Position numbers and translations under genes: made by a program. From an uncultured Candidatus Saccharibacteria bacterium (GTDB taxonomy: Bacteria; Patescibacteriota; Doudnabacteria; UBA920), in contig CAYYQK010000004.1 of the NCBI GenBank assembly GCA_964473815.1, positions 4,493 to 68,492 on the forward strand: a stretch of DNA of 64,000 nt. The letters are read 5' to 3'. Below the pieces are notes generated by a model that worked only from the letters and a program-made list of their open reading frames with translations, was not told the origin of the DNA and did not search any database. Below, one piece after another: positions 38,501 through 46,631 of this stretch (position 1 is the stretch's first letter; every line of letters begins with the position of its first letter).

Positions 38501-41500
38501 GATATCGGCGACAACGGAACCATTCCCTGAAATCCATTTTGACTGTTTGGTTAAATCCCCAAATGATCCAATACTCCCTAAGGATTGAGAATCATAGTAA
38601 TAATCTATCCGTGCAATAGTATCTGTTGGAGACGAACTTGTTCTAACATCTTCGCGTTTAAGTTTAACCATGGTCCCGCCGCCATTCGAACTATATTCAT
38701 TGTAGTTATAACGAGAGTCAGATGTGGTATCTGTATAAGTACCGTCTGATGCAACTGTCACAAAACCTAAGTTGATTTGCGAAGTTTGTTCTCCAATACT
38801 TGTATCATACCCATACGTTTGTGCTGTCCCTACACTTGTCCCAGAGCTAGTTATTTTAGAAACAGACTCTGTGGGGTAAACAAAATTAGAATATCGGCCA
38901 ACAACCGGTTCAGTAACCAGATTGTAGAAACCGTATTTTAACCAGTTTTCTTTTTTGGTTGTTGCTGATGGGTTTTTTATAATCGAATAGTATGGCTTAC
39001 CTACCAATGATAAATTATTGTCTGCGGGCTCGTTTGTAGAAGAATCCGAGCCATTATCTTGGAGGAAATAAGTATCTGTGATTCTGATTGGTGCTAAGTC
39101 ACTCCCTGATTCTGTTGCTGTTACTTTATGGAAACCAACAAAACGAGTTTGAGCTGTTGCAGGATCCTTAATATACGCACCCCCAGAGTATGCGTACTGA
39201 GTGACTTCATCAGGTTGACCAACCCCAATATTTTGAATAGTAACTTTGTTAACCACAGATACTGGAGATGCGTGAGTGTCATCTAAATTTGTCGGTGCGG
39301 TTCCATAACTAATTGAAGTTTTACCACCAAATGGACTTGTGATTACAGTAAGTTTATTTGGGACTGCAGGTTTCCCCATAAGGACCAGTGAATTGATTAT
39401 GGTTCCGCTAAAATTCGTTTTGGAAGTAATAAAATCATTTACCCCATCACTATTTACATCGAGCCATAGGCTCTCCTTTAATTGAGCCATTGGTATCCAG
39501 GTAGCCTGCTGAGGTAGAGTCAAACTTGTCCAAGTACTCGATCCATCATCCAACCCCAACACAGCCATTTCTCCACTACCAACAGTAGATTTAGCAATTT
39601 GATCTGGAAACCCATCTGAATTTACATCGACTAAGGCTCCCCAGTATTGAGAAGAGGCGCTCCACTGCATACCACTTGCATTCCATATTGGATCTACATC
39701 ACTAAAACCAACGCCAGTATTCAAGAAAGTCCTAACCCCTAAACTATTTTTAGTCATCATATCTACTAGCCCATCGCCATTTATGTCGCTGAAACCTGTC
39801 GTAGCAGCGGATCCCATTGATACTGAATATGGAATACTGTAGGCAAAACCCGAACCGGTGTTTAAATAAATTCCATAGGATTCATTGATGTAATCAAGCC
39901 GACCGTCTCCATTAAGGTCAATTAAAGCCTGCCATTTTTCTGAAACAGGGTTTGGAGGGCAATTAGGAGACAAAGTGTAAGTCTGGCCAACTTTGGGGGT
40001 AAAGGTGTAAGCAGAAGATTGAGTCCAACCGTTACCATTATTCAAAAACACTTTAAAATTTGAGGTTCCGCCAAAATACAAAATATCATTCTTGCCATCA
40101 TTATTAATGTCATACAAGAAAGTATTAGACTCAGCAGAGCTTCTATCTCCCACATTCGGTCCACAAAAATAGTCTTCTGGAATATAGCTCCGAATATCCC
40201 ATGTGTTTCCACTTTGAGATGCAAAACTACTTCCAGTATTTAGATAAAGCGGAGTTGCTCCGGATTCGCCAACATCGAATTGTCTTGGTTGTAAGTCCGG
40301 ATAATGATCACCATTCAAATCTAAAATGGCATAATGCCCATTTATTGCCGGAGCACTCCAAGAGCTCGTTGAATCAACAAAATTAGTGCCGTTATTCAAC
40401 AAAAACTTTGTTGGTGTGGTTCCTATTAAGACATCGGGATAACCATTTTGATCAAAGTCATTGGTATAAGTAGCCCCAGTCCAGCCGGCAGCTGAGTCGG
40501 TTGGCAAGCCTAACCCAGCCAAAGAATGAGTTCCCTGTTGCCAACCTACGGTTTTAGTTGAATAGCTAAACTTCGTGGTATCTTGAAAATTTTCAGAGTA
40601 TACATAATTTGGTATGCTGGCTGATCGCTGAATTAAAAGTAGATTTTGAAGCTTAGAAAAAGGAATTGAGCTATAAGTAAGTGTATAAGTCTCGCTCACA
40701 GTAAGATCTGTGGTGGAGCTCACCACGATACTACTCATTTGCTTTATTGTCTTTACGGCAAAGCCTGCATTATAAACGGTTGTACTGTACTGGTACGGAT
40801 TAGTATAGTTAAAGGTTACTGTATGAATAGCCGGGGAAGTCGAGTTATAAGTATAAGCTATCTGACTGGGATAAATTTGAGCATTATCTTTAATGTAAGT
40901 ATACTGGATTTCATTGCCATGTGGATCAGCAATTTTTGAAAGCATCCACTTATAAATCTTTGTTGTATCGGCAGGGTTATCTTGACGAGATGCAGTGGTA
41001 TAGCCGTAAGTGTAGGTTCGACCATCCTTACCCGTTACCGTCCAACTATTATTGCTATTATATGTATACTTTAGATAATCACCATTATCTGATTCAGGTC
41101 GATAGGTTGTAAATTGCGAAGATGATGTATCAGTAGTCGCAATTAAATTACCCGAAGAAGACGAGCTAAAAAATGCCTTAGTATAAAGGTTGTCTGTGCC
41201 TTTGACAGGCTCACGCTTAATATAAGGGACAGAAGCTTCCCAACCCAAACCCATTATTGTGTCGGGCTTGGCAGAATTTCGAGAATCATAGTTTAAGGAT
41301 AATTGAGGTGTCATCCCGGCACGACCCTCAGGCAAAAAAATAGGATACGAGTATGTTAGCGCTCCGGTAGACTGATCTACGCTTGCTTTTGGTTGGGCCG
41401 AAGAATTAAAACCCAATGCGCCCCCGGATCCAACAGGCGCAGCTAAAGAAGCTTGTTTGGCTACATCTTTTTTAATATTTGCGTCCTCAGCATTAGGGTC

Positions 41501-41755
41501 TTCTGGATCCACGGGACCCCCAGGCTTTATGTCAGGGTTAGTGGAAAGCGTCGCAGTAGTATCTGTATGAGTTTCTGATTCTACAGGCTGCTGCGAGGAT
41601 TGTTCATGTTTTGAAGAAACAACTTTAGAACTGGAATTTTCTTTCGTTGCATCCGATTTCGCAGTAGGCTCATCGGCAAAGGCCTGAGTAACTGGCGTTA
41701 AAATCAAACTAATTATTAATAACCCAAGCAAATATATTTTTACGGTTTTAAGCAT
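35543..41755 (-). CDS. RHS/YD-repeat polymorphic toxin (2070 aa): Sec signal peptide, Ser/Thr-rich linker, FG-GAP/VCBS-like calcium-binding repeats, YD-repeat shell, RHS repeat-associated core ending in ..NNPINNIDPTGL, and a 219-aa C-terminal toxin domain of unknown type (35543-36202).
   Basis: Signal peptide MLKTVKIYLLGLLIISLILTPVTQAFA. Repeated D-x-N-x-D-G motifs. Many YD repeats (..YTYD..GN..). RHS core KARYYNPSIGRFASQDP and the autoproteolysis motif DPTGL. Confidence 0.9.
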   Translation of the reverse strand: MLKTVKIYLLGLLIISLILTPVTQAFADEPTAKSDATKENSSSKVVSSKHEQSSQQPVESETHTDTTATLSTNPDIKPGGPVDPEDPNAEDANIKKDVAKQASLAAPVGSGGALGFNSSAQPKASVDQSTGALTYSYPIFLPEGRAGMTPQLSLNYDSRNSAKPDTIMGLGWEASVPYIKREPVKGTDNLYTKAFFSSSSSGNLIATTDTSSSQFTTYRPESDNGDYLKYTYNSNNSWTVTGKDGRTYTYGYTTASRQDNPADTTKIYKWMLSKIADPHGNEIQYTYIKDNAQIYPSQIAYTYNSTSPAIHTVTFNYTNPYQYSTTVYNAGFAVKTIKQMSSIVVSSTTDLTVSETYTLTYSSIPFSKLQNLLLIQRSASIPNYVYSENFQDTTKFSYSTKTVGWQQGTHSLAGLGLPTDSAAGWTGATYTNDFDQNGYPDVLIGTTPTKFLLNNGTNFVDSTSSWSAPAINGHYAILDLNGDHYPDLQPRQFDVGESGATPLYLNTGSSFASQSGNTWDIRSYIPEDYFCGPNVGDRSSAESNTFLYDINNDGKNDILYFGGTSNFKVFLNNGNGWTQSSAYTFTPKVGQTYTLSPNCPPNPVSEKWQALIDLNGDGRLDYINESYGIYLNTGSGFAYSIPYSVSMGSAATTGFSDINGDGLVDMMTKNSLGVRTFLNTGVGFSDVDPIWNASGMQWSASSQYWGALVDVNSDGFPDQIAKSTVGSGEMAVLGLDDGSSTWTSLTLPQQATWIPMAQLKESLWLDVNSDGVNDFITSKTNFSGTIINSLVLMGKPAVPNKLTVITSPFGGKTSISYGTAPTNLDDTHASPVSVVNKVTIQNIGVGQPDEVTQYAYSGGAYIKDPATAQTRFVGFHKVTATESGSDLAPIRITDTYFLQDNGSDSSTNEPADNNLSLVGKPYYSIIKNPSATTKKENWLKYGFYNLVTEPVVGRYSNFVYPTESVSKITSSGTSVGTAQTYGYDTSIGEQTSQINLGFVTVASDGTYTDTTSDSRYNYNEYSSNGGGTMVKLKREDVRTSSSPTDTIARIDYYYDSQSLGSIGSFGDLTKQSKWISGNGSVVADITYTYDSYGNVLTVTNPRLATTTYTYDATKSYVATETNALNQTTTHTYVVWMPNTVIDPNGRTTSFGYTALGNLYTTTTQNTGGTQVDRQYIANFGDSGYGIEHFKFVDSGNTLNSVEILDNFGQPVRLATKRLSDGKYYLKSAKIYDALGRISKLSVPYGTGDTNESNMFTATVPSTLYTTTSYDVLDRPTSVANSIGTTSMSYAGVETTTTDANNHQKKVSSDAYGNIVKVKEYNNSSQYTTNYVYDNRNLLTGLTDALGNVRSFAYNNAGWITNSEDLHASGDSSFGSTSWTYDANGNRLVETKPNGANDTRTYDQLDRVSTIDGSGTAGTDYTFVYDNCTNGKGQVCSVSGTLPNSVSLSKTYSYGISGVPTSTTLTTLGNSYTTSYTYNIADQTKKTTYQNGAGVRYAFGDWGLPSTVYTTTPGGTEALYATTVFDHQEKPTSISISGGPTITHTYDANKMYRESAMSAVSGSTTLQSYDYTYDSVNNITQIAEPGLTKAYTYDDLNRLTQSVYTPTTGSPTTYSYSYDAIGNITSMNGAAYTYSGAGKTNPHAVTSVGSNNYTYDDNGNMITAPNQALTWNWQNQPTRVTVGGTTNIDSYYDESGQRFIYQTPSGTEVQAESGYLVRGSTPEVSISLGGTQIGTISGTNIYSSITDNLGTPVKEISGATTVSEAVTYDPFGKVLSQTGSIDTKHGYTGHEEDVDTGLVYAKARYYNPSIGRFASQDPLFIYAGFDKTDPQGMNSYAYVVNNPINNIDPTGLFGFRSAWDSVSGTVTAWTLSTSSFVSSTVSDLNPFSIKTAYAPANITETLPNTYISQGKPLSNARANALNGSGAFADKSLQTGALIISVVQPEFSDALLPDGIAAVSPELGVEGSYSRAASHIINDHEYVRYPGMSEERIANLAKETKESADYYGRIKGVDPLTGKDVNKQYYGSKTTGQVFINTNVGEPTMFPKNTSQAMGRYIRKNLMEDTRTYGRR

Positions 41756-42123
41756 GCTTTTTAAGTTAATAGTTAAAAATTAATAATTTTGGATAAAAAA
41801 AACGACCGTAAATTACGGTCGCAAAAGAAAGGAGATAAAAGTTTCGCCAGTAAAAACAGGCGCGGATAGCACTGGATTAATCGGAACAATTAAAAATGTG
41901 AGATCGGTTTGCTGCATATTCATAGGGGTTTCCCGAAATAGCTAAGTAGGATATACCTAAATTAATTGGTTGTCAATAAGAAGTTTATTGATAACCGCAT
42001 ACCATTTAGGTATAAGATAATATCTTAATCCTTCCAAATTTTCTTGTCAAATAAATCTTAAAAAGTAAATAATTTTTCTAGGGAAAATAAATCTCCCTGA
42101 AATAAGGGAGATATCTGTGAAAG

Positions 42124-42489
42124 CTATTTGGTTGGTGCTACTTTTATATTTGTCACGGGATAAATGTTCTTTATCTTCAAAATTTTTTCTATTCGTCCCA
42201 ATCTCTTATCATGACTAACGGAGGATCTCATTAAAGCGTTGCTATCTTCGAGGTCTCTTTTATTAATCATTTGAACAGTTTTCTTTATTTCTTTTACATC
42301 CGTTCCAATTGTATTTATCTGCACTTTCAATGAATCCATGTTTTCTTTCATTGAATCCATGTTTTCTTTCATTGAATCCATGTTTTCTTTCATTGAATCA
42401 ACACTACCTTTAATCGAATGTAAATCTTCTTTGCTTGGAAAAATTTCTTTCATCTTCTCGATCAAATCATTGTTAGAAGTATTATTCAT
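42124..42489 (-). CDS. Small coiled-coil protein with the tandem peptide repeat MKENMDS x3.
   Basis: The ORF contains a perfect 21-bp tandem DNA repeat. Confidence 0.45.
   Translation of the reverse strand: MNNTSNNDLIEKMKEIFPSKEDLHSIKGSVDSMKENMDSMKENMDSMKENMDSLKVQINTIGTDVKEIKKTVQMINKRDLEDSNALMRSSVSHDKRLGRIEKILKIKNIYPVTNIKVAPTK
42324..42402. repeat. Perfect 21-bp tandem repeat (TGAATCCATGTTTTCTTTCAT), about 3.5 copies.
   Basis: Read directly from the sequence. Confidence 0.85.
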
Positions 42490-42572
42490 ATCTTTGTAAT
42501 TAATTATATATTCACATTAACAAACTATTGACCAAAGTCAAGACTAAAAAAGATAAAGTTTTCCTGAAGATT

Positions 42573-43241
42573 TTATCGCAACTTCGCAATCTCTGCATCG
42601 TATTCACTAGCGCCGCCAGGGTTAATGTTCCGGGCTGTTTCCCAGTAACCAATAGCCTTTTCTTTATTGCCAGTTGAACTCAAGAACTTCGCATAAGCAA
42701 TCACAACATCCAAGTTATTCTTTGTTCCTTTAATCGCAGCTGCGTACATTGAATCCAATTGCTCAGCCTTAGATCCCTTTAACAAATCTATGTACGCTAA
42801 CCAAGCCTGGGCATTGGTTTCATCCTGTGCTAATCCCCGACTTAAATACAACTTTGCATTATTAACATCCCCTACTCCCCTATATGCAAATCCATAGTCA
42901 AAATCCACTCGACTATTCTTGTTCTTTTCTGTCGGAATCGCATTTAAAGAATTCAAGGCATCCTGAAACTTCTCCAGTTGAATTTGCACCTCTGCTAAAC
43001 CTATATAGATTACATACTGTCCTTCAGCTGATGTATCTTTTGTTAAAGCCTTTGCCTGGGTCTGCAAATCTGCCAATCGAGCTTCCAAAGCTTTCTTTTT
43101 CTCTTCTGGAGACAGTTCAGTAACCTGCTTTAAAGTGAGGTCTTTGCGTGCTGCATTCTTATGCTTGTACTGCAAATAACCATAAATCCCGCCCGCTACG
43201 AGCAATAATACAATAATTACATAAAAGATGTTTTTCCGCAT
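42573..43241 (-). CDS. Membrane-anchored tetratricopeptide-repeat protein.
   Basis: N-terminal TM helix followed by TPR-like helical repeats (Ala/Tyr/Leu periodicity). Confidence 0.6.
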   Translation of the reverse strand: MRKNIFYVIIVLLLVAGGIYGYLQYKHKNAARKDLTLKQVTELSPEEKKKALEARLADLQTQAKALTKDTSAEGQYVIYIGLAEVQIQLEKFQDALNSLNAIPTEKNKNSRVDFDYGFAYRGVGDVNNAKLYLSRGLAQDETNAQAWLAYIDLLKGSKAEQLDSMYAAAIKGTKNNLDVVIAYAKFLSSTGNKEKAIGYWETARNINPGGASEYDAEIAKLR

Positions 43242-43311
43242 AAAATAATATTAACTTCTGAAGTCTATATATTATAACAGACGAATTAACATAAAATGAG
43301 TTACACAAACA

Positions 43312-43345
43312 AAAAAACAAAACCCCTCCCGAAGGAGGGGTTTTG
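43312..43345. terminator. Bidirectional terminator (AAAACCCCTCCCGAAGGAGGGGTTTT).
   Basis: Perfect 9-bp stem with flanking A-run and T-run. Confidence 0.8.
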
Positions 43346-43395
43346 CCGCTTTCAGACCTTAGCTTGCGCTAAGAACGAAGTATAAACTAAATAGT

Positions 43396-45675
43396 TTAGT
43401 TAATAGCTACGTATGGAGTCTGAGAATCAGTTTGGAACTGAGAAGCGTTGAAGGTGTTGATGGTACGTGTAGCTGAATCCTTGGAGGTTGCAGCAGTAAT
43501 ATCATCAGTTGTCCATTCAATACCAGATAGGTATGCACGAACTTGACCAGCAGCAGTGCTGTTAGTACCGGTTACAGTGATGCGGAAAGTCTTAGTTTGA
43601 CCAGGGGTCAACTTGAAGAAGTTCTCACCGCTGTACACACCTTGGTATGCTGTAGCATCAGCAGCTACAGTAATAGAGTTGGTAGAGCCAGTGTTAGCTA
43701 TGGTACCGCTTAGAGCAGTCAACGCGTTAGAACCAGACTGTTGGATAGCGTAGATATCATCTACGTCATCAGTAGCACTGGAAGAAACTACGTCAACGTT
43801 ATCAGAGTTAACGTAAACATCATCATTACCGATGTTCTTTACAGTAATGTCCCAAGTGAAGGTAGCCAAGTCATTGGTTGCTCCGTCTTGAGTGCTTACA
43901 GTAGCATCAGCAGAATCTACATCTACAGTAATGCCGTTAGAGAACAATGAAGATGCAGTGCTGATTGCAGAACCAGTAAGGTCTGCAGAAGCTACGTCAT
44001 TTCCATTTTGGTCTTGGGCATCAATAGAAGTTACATCAAGAGTAGCTTGGATAGTTGTACCTTGTATGTAGTGGCCAGTAGACTTGATGAAGTTCAATTT
44101 AACTGTGAAGTCTTGAGTATCGTGAGAATTGATGTCGATGTCTAGATCGTCAAATACAACTTGGTCGCTAGTAGATGCGGTATTAACGTCATCAGAAGCG
44201 ATCTTTTCAGAACCCATGTATAGGTCAGCAGTAGTAGCTACAGAAGTGATATCAGAATCACTAGTAGTCAAAGTCACAGGAATGGACTTGATGTGAATGT
44301 CTGAGTCACCACGAGCTTCTAAGTTAAAGGCTAATACAGGTACGTCATTAGTTGAATTTGTATCATCTACTAGGATGTTATGAGAATCGTTAGTAGCTTT
44401 TTCTTCATCGTTCAAAGTAGCACGAAGTTCTACATCAGCTGCAGTTGCAAAGGTTTCGAAGTCGAAGGCGCGAGCTAGAGAAAGGCCAGAAGTGTCAGTG
44501 GTGGTAGTTACACCATCACCGTCGGTGAAGCGAACATTCAACACATCAGCATGCCATGCATCAGTGTCAATATTGCCAGAATCTAGGCTATCCTTAGCAG
44601 AAACCTTAACTGAGAAAGTAGCAGTTGTACCGGCTTTAACAATAGCATCGGCACCGCTCAAAGCTACAGACTTAGTGTAAACGTGGCTGTCTTCGTTGAA
44701 GTCAGAAGGATCAGCAGAACCAACTTGGTTGTCGCCGTTCCATACAGTTACTTCATCGATGTACTTATTGATATCTTTTGAATCTCCTGAATTGCTCTGC
44801 CATAACTTTACCTTAACGGAGTTAATGCGAACATCAGAGTCGTTACCAGCTTTGATTTTAAAGGCCATTACGCCCTTATCAGTTTCACCTTCTCCGATGC
44901 TCTCGTTAGAGTACAAAGAAGAAGAGCTGACAGTGATGTCACCTACGGTACCGTTAAGGTCACCGTTGTCGCCACCATTGTCGATAGGTGCAGAAGCGGT
45001 AGGAACTAAGTCACCAGCCATACGAGCTGGGATGATACCAGTTTGGCTCAATAGTTTGTCTGCAGAGTTTGCAGGAACTACATCAGAGAAGCTCCAGCCC
45101 CATGAATTAAATACATCCATGGAAGGAACGCCCCAAAGGCCACCAGAAACGATCAACTGAACAGTACCACCGTTGTTGATAAGAGTACCAGCACGGTGTT
45201 GTGCAGAAGCGTTATCTACGTTAGAAGTCTTGCTTAAGAAAGAAGAGTCACCGTAGAAAGCGCGACCGAAAGAGTAACCTTGGCCAGTGAATACAGAAGC
45301 GCTAGTGAAAGCAGCTTTGTTACCACCAGTGATTAAAGAACATTCGCCCTTTACATCAGAACCCTTAGTTTCGGTAGCACAGAAGATGCGACCGTCTTGA
45401 GGAGCGATGAAATCACCAGTTGGAAGACCAGTTACAGTGCTGTCAGCATCCTTAACTTGAGAGAATGACAAGAAGCCATAGCTCATGAAGGCGCCGCCAG
45501 ATGTAAATGGACGACGGTGCATATCCTTGGTGATAAACCATACAGTACCATCAGTGGTCTTGTATACTTCACCAGCGGTTGCAGCGTGAGTAGTAGCAAC
45601 TGGAAGAACCATCATCATGGTAGCCATGGCAACAGTAGAAACACCAGTTACAACTTTAGTAATAAATTTAGACAT
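43396..45675 (-). CDS. Large secreted surface protein (about 759 aa), Thr/Ser/Asp-rich with an all-beta composition. Candidate abundant cell-surface or S-layer-like protein.
   Basis: GGAG RBS 6 nt before the ATG at 45675. Signal peptide MSKFITKVVTGVSTVAMATMMMVLPVATTHA. Compositional bias and GC3 suggest high expression. A long (about 700 nt) upstream non-coding region. Confidence 0.6.
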   Translation of the reverse strand: MSKFITKVVTGVSTVAMATMMMVLPVATTHAATAGEVYKTTDGTVWFITKDMHRRPFTSGGAFMSYGFLSFSQVKDADSTVTGLPTGDFIAPQDGRIFCATETKGSDVKGECSLITGGNKAAFTSASVFTGQGYSFGRAFYGDSSFLSKTSNVDNASAQHRAGTLINNGGTVQLIVSGGLWGVPSMDVFNSWGWSFSDVVPANSADKLLSQTGIIPARMAGDLVPTASAPIDNGGDNGDLNGTVGDITVSSSSLYSNESIGEGETDKGVMAFKIKAGNDSDVRINSVKVKLWQSNSGDSKDINKYIDEVTVWNGDNQVGSADPSDFNEDSHVYTKSVALSGADAIVKAGTTATFSVKVSAKDSLDSGNIDTDAWHADVLNVRFTDGDGVTTTTDTSGLSLARAFDFETFATAADVELRATLNDEEKATNDSHNILVDDTNSTNDVPVLAFNLEARGDSDIHIKSIPVTLTTSDSDITSVATTADLYMGSEKIASDDVNTASTSDQVVFDDLDIDINSHDTQDFTVKLNFIKSTGHYIQGTTIQATLDVTSIDAQDQNGNDVASADLTGSAISTASSLFSNGITVDVDSADATVSTQDGATNDLATFTWDITVKNIGNDDVYVNSDNVDVVSSSATDDVDDIYAIQQSGSNALTALSGTIANTGSTNSITVAADATAYQGVYSGENFFKLTPGQTKTFRITVTGTNSTAAGQVRAYLSGIEWTTDDITAATSKDSATRTINTFNASQFQTDSQTPYVAIN

Positions 45676-46388
45676 TATTTGCTCCATTTTCTGTAGTTGT
45701 CGGTTCTCGCTTGTGTTCATTAAGACAAAAGAGAGACGGCTAATTGATTATTCAATTGAGACAATCAATGCTACAGAAAACAAATTAATTAGTATTAACG
45801 AACTTTTATCTCAGACTCTCCCCTGCCGCTCTAGAGTTCGTCAGAGGCGTTGGGGTAAAAGACCGATTATTGATTGGTCCCGACTAAAACCATAGTTCCA
45901 CACAGTTCGACCAAGGATCCTTTTTAATTAAAGAGGCACCTGGGTGGTGTATTTATAGTTGGGTCAATAATTGAATGTAATAGGACTCGCCGCCGGTTCT
46001 TGATTTGAGGGTTTTTCAGTTTTTGCGAAGTTATCGCTGTTGCCAATACACAGACGGGCTATTTTGCCAGTTGTTACACTATAGATTACTCAAAAATTAT
46101 GAGAAAAATATGGGTGTTTTATTTACATATTGGAAACAAAAAAGCCGCCCGATCTGCCAGAAATGCTAGTGTTTTGCTATTTTATAGCTTACATAAGCTT
46201 TTTCCGGTAGGATTCCGACAACTTCATAATTACAATAGAGATGTGCTTCTTTGGGAAACTATCATATATTGATTTCTAGATTATAAAACATTTTTCATTT
46301 GGTGTCAAATTGATTTGTCACCAATATATGGCCTTGCTAAAAGTGGCAAATTTGGCTATACTGCCCTAGTATTTGATACGAATTGTTA

Positions 46389-46465
46389 CGGGAACTGGCT
46401 CAATTGGCTAGAGCACTCGGTTTGGGACCGAGAGGTTCCGGGTTCGAGTCCCGGGTTCCCGACCA
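46389..46465 (+). tRNA. tRNA-Pro (anticodon TGG).
   Basis: Folded by hand. Acceptor CGGGAAC/GTTCCCG. Anticodon stem CTCGG/CCGAG with loop TTTGGGA. T-loop GGTTCGAGTCC. CCA encoded. Confidence 0.85.
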
Positions 46466-46503
46466 GAAATGGTTTGAAAAGCTGGCGGGATCTGCCCGCT
46501 TCT

Positions 46504-46578
46504 GCGGGCATCGTATAATGGTTATTATCTCAGTTTTCCAAACTGATGATAGGGGTCCGATTCCCCTTGCCCGCTCCA
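46504..46578 (+). tRNA. tRNA-like sequence, possibly tRNA-Gly (TCC). It may be a pseudo-tRNA or a degenerate second tRNA.
   Basis: Acceptor GCGGGCA/TGCCCGC, anticodon stem TCAGT/ACTGA with loop TTTCCAA, T-stem AGGGG/CCCCT, terminal CCA. However the D-arm is non-canonical (4 nt between acceptor and D-stem) and the T-loop reads TCCGATT (C at position 55 instead of U). Confidence 0.35.
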
Positions 46579-46592
46579 AAAAATAGAATTTT

Positions 46593-46616
46593 AAAACCGC
46601 CCGGAAGGGCGGTTTT
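46593..46616. terminator. Bidirectional terminator (AAAACCGCCCGGAAGGGCGGTTTT).
   Basis: Perfect stem flanked by A and T runs, between the tRNA region and the convergent HU gene. Confidence 0.8.
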
Positions 46617-46631
46617 ATCTTTGAACTTATT

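Noticed and set aside
36511-41112. Many short ORFs on both strands inside the RHS gene.
   Set aside because: All are embedded in a continuous 2070-aa ORF with unmistakable YD/RHS repeats. They are by-products of the repetitive sequence.
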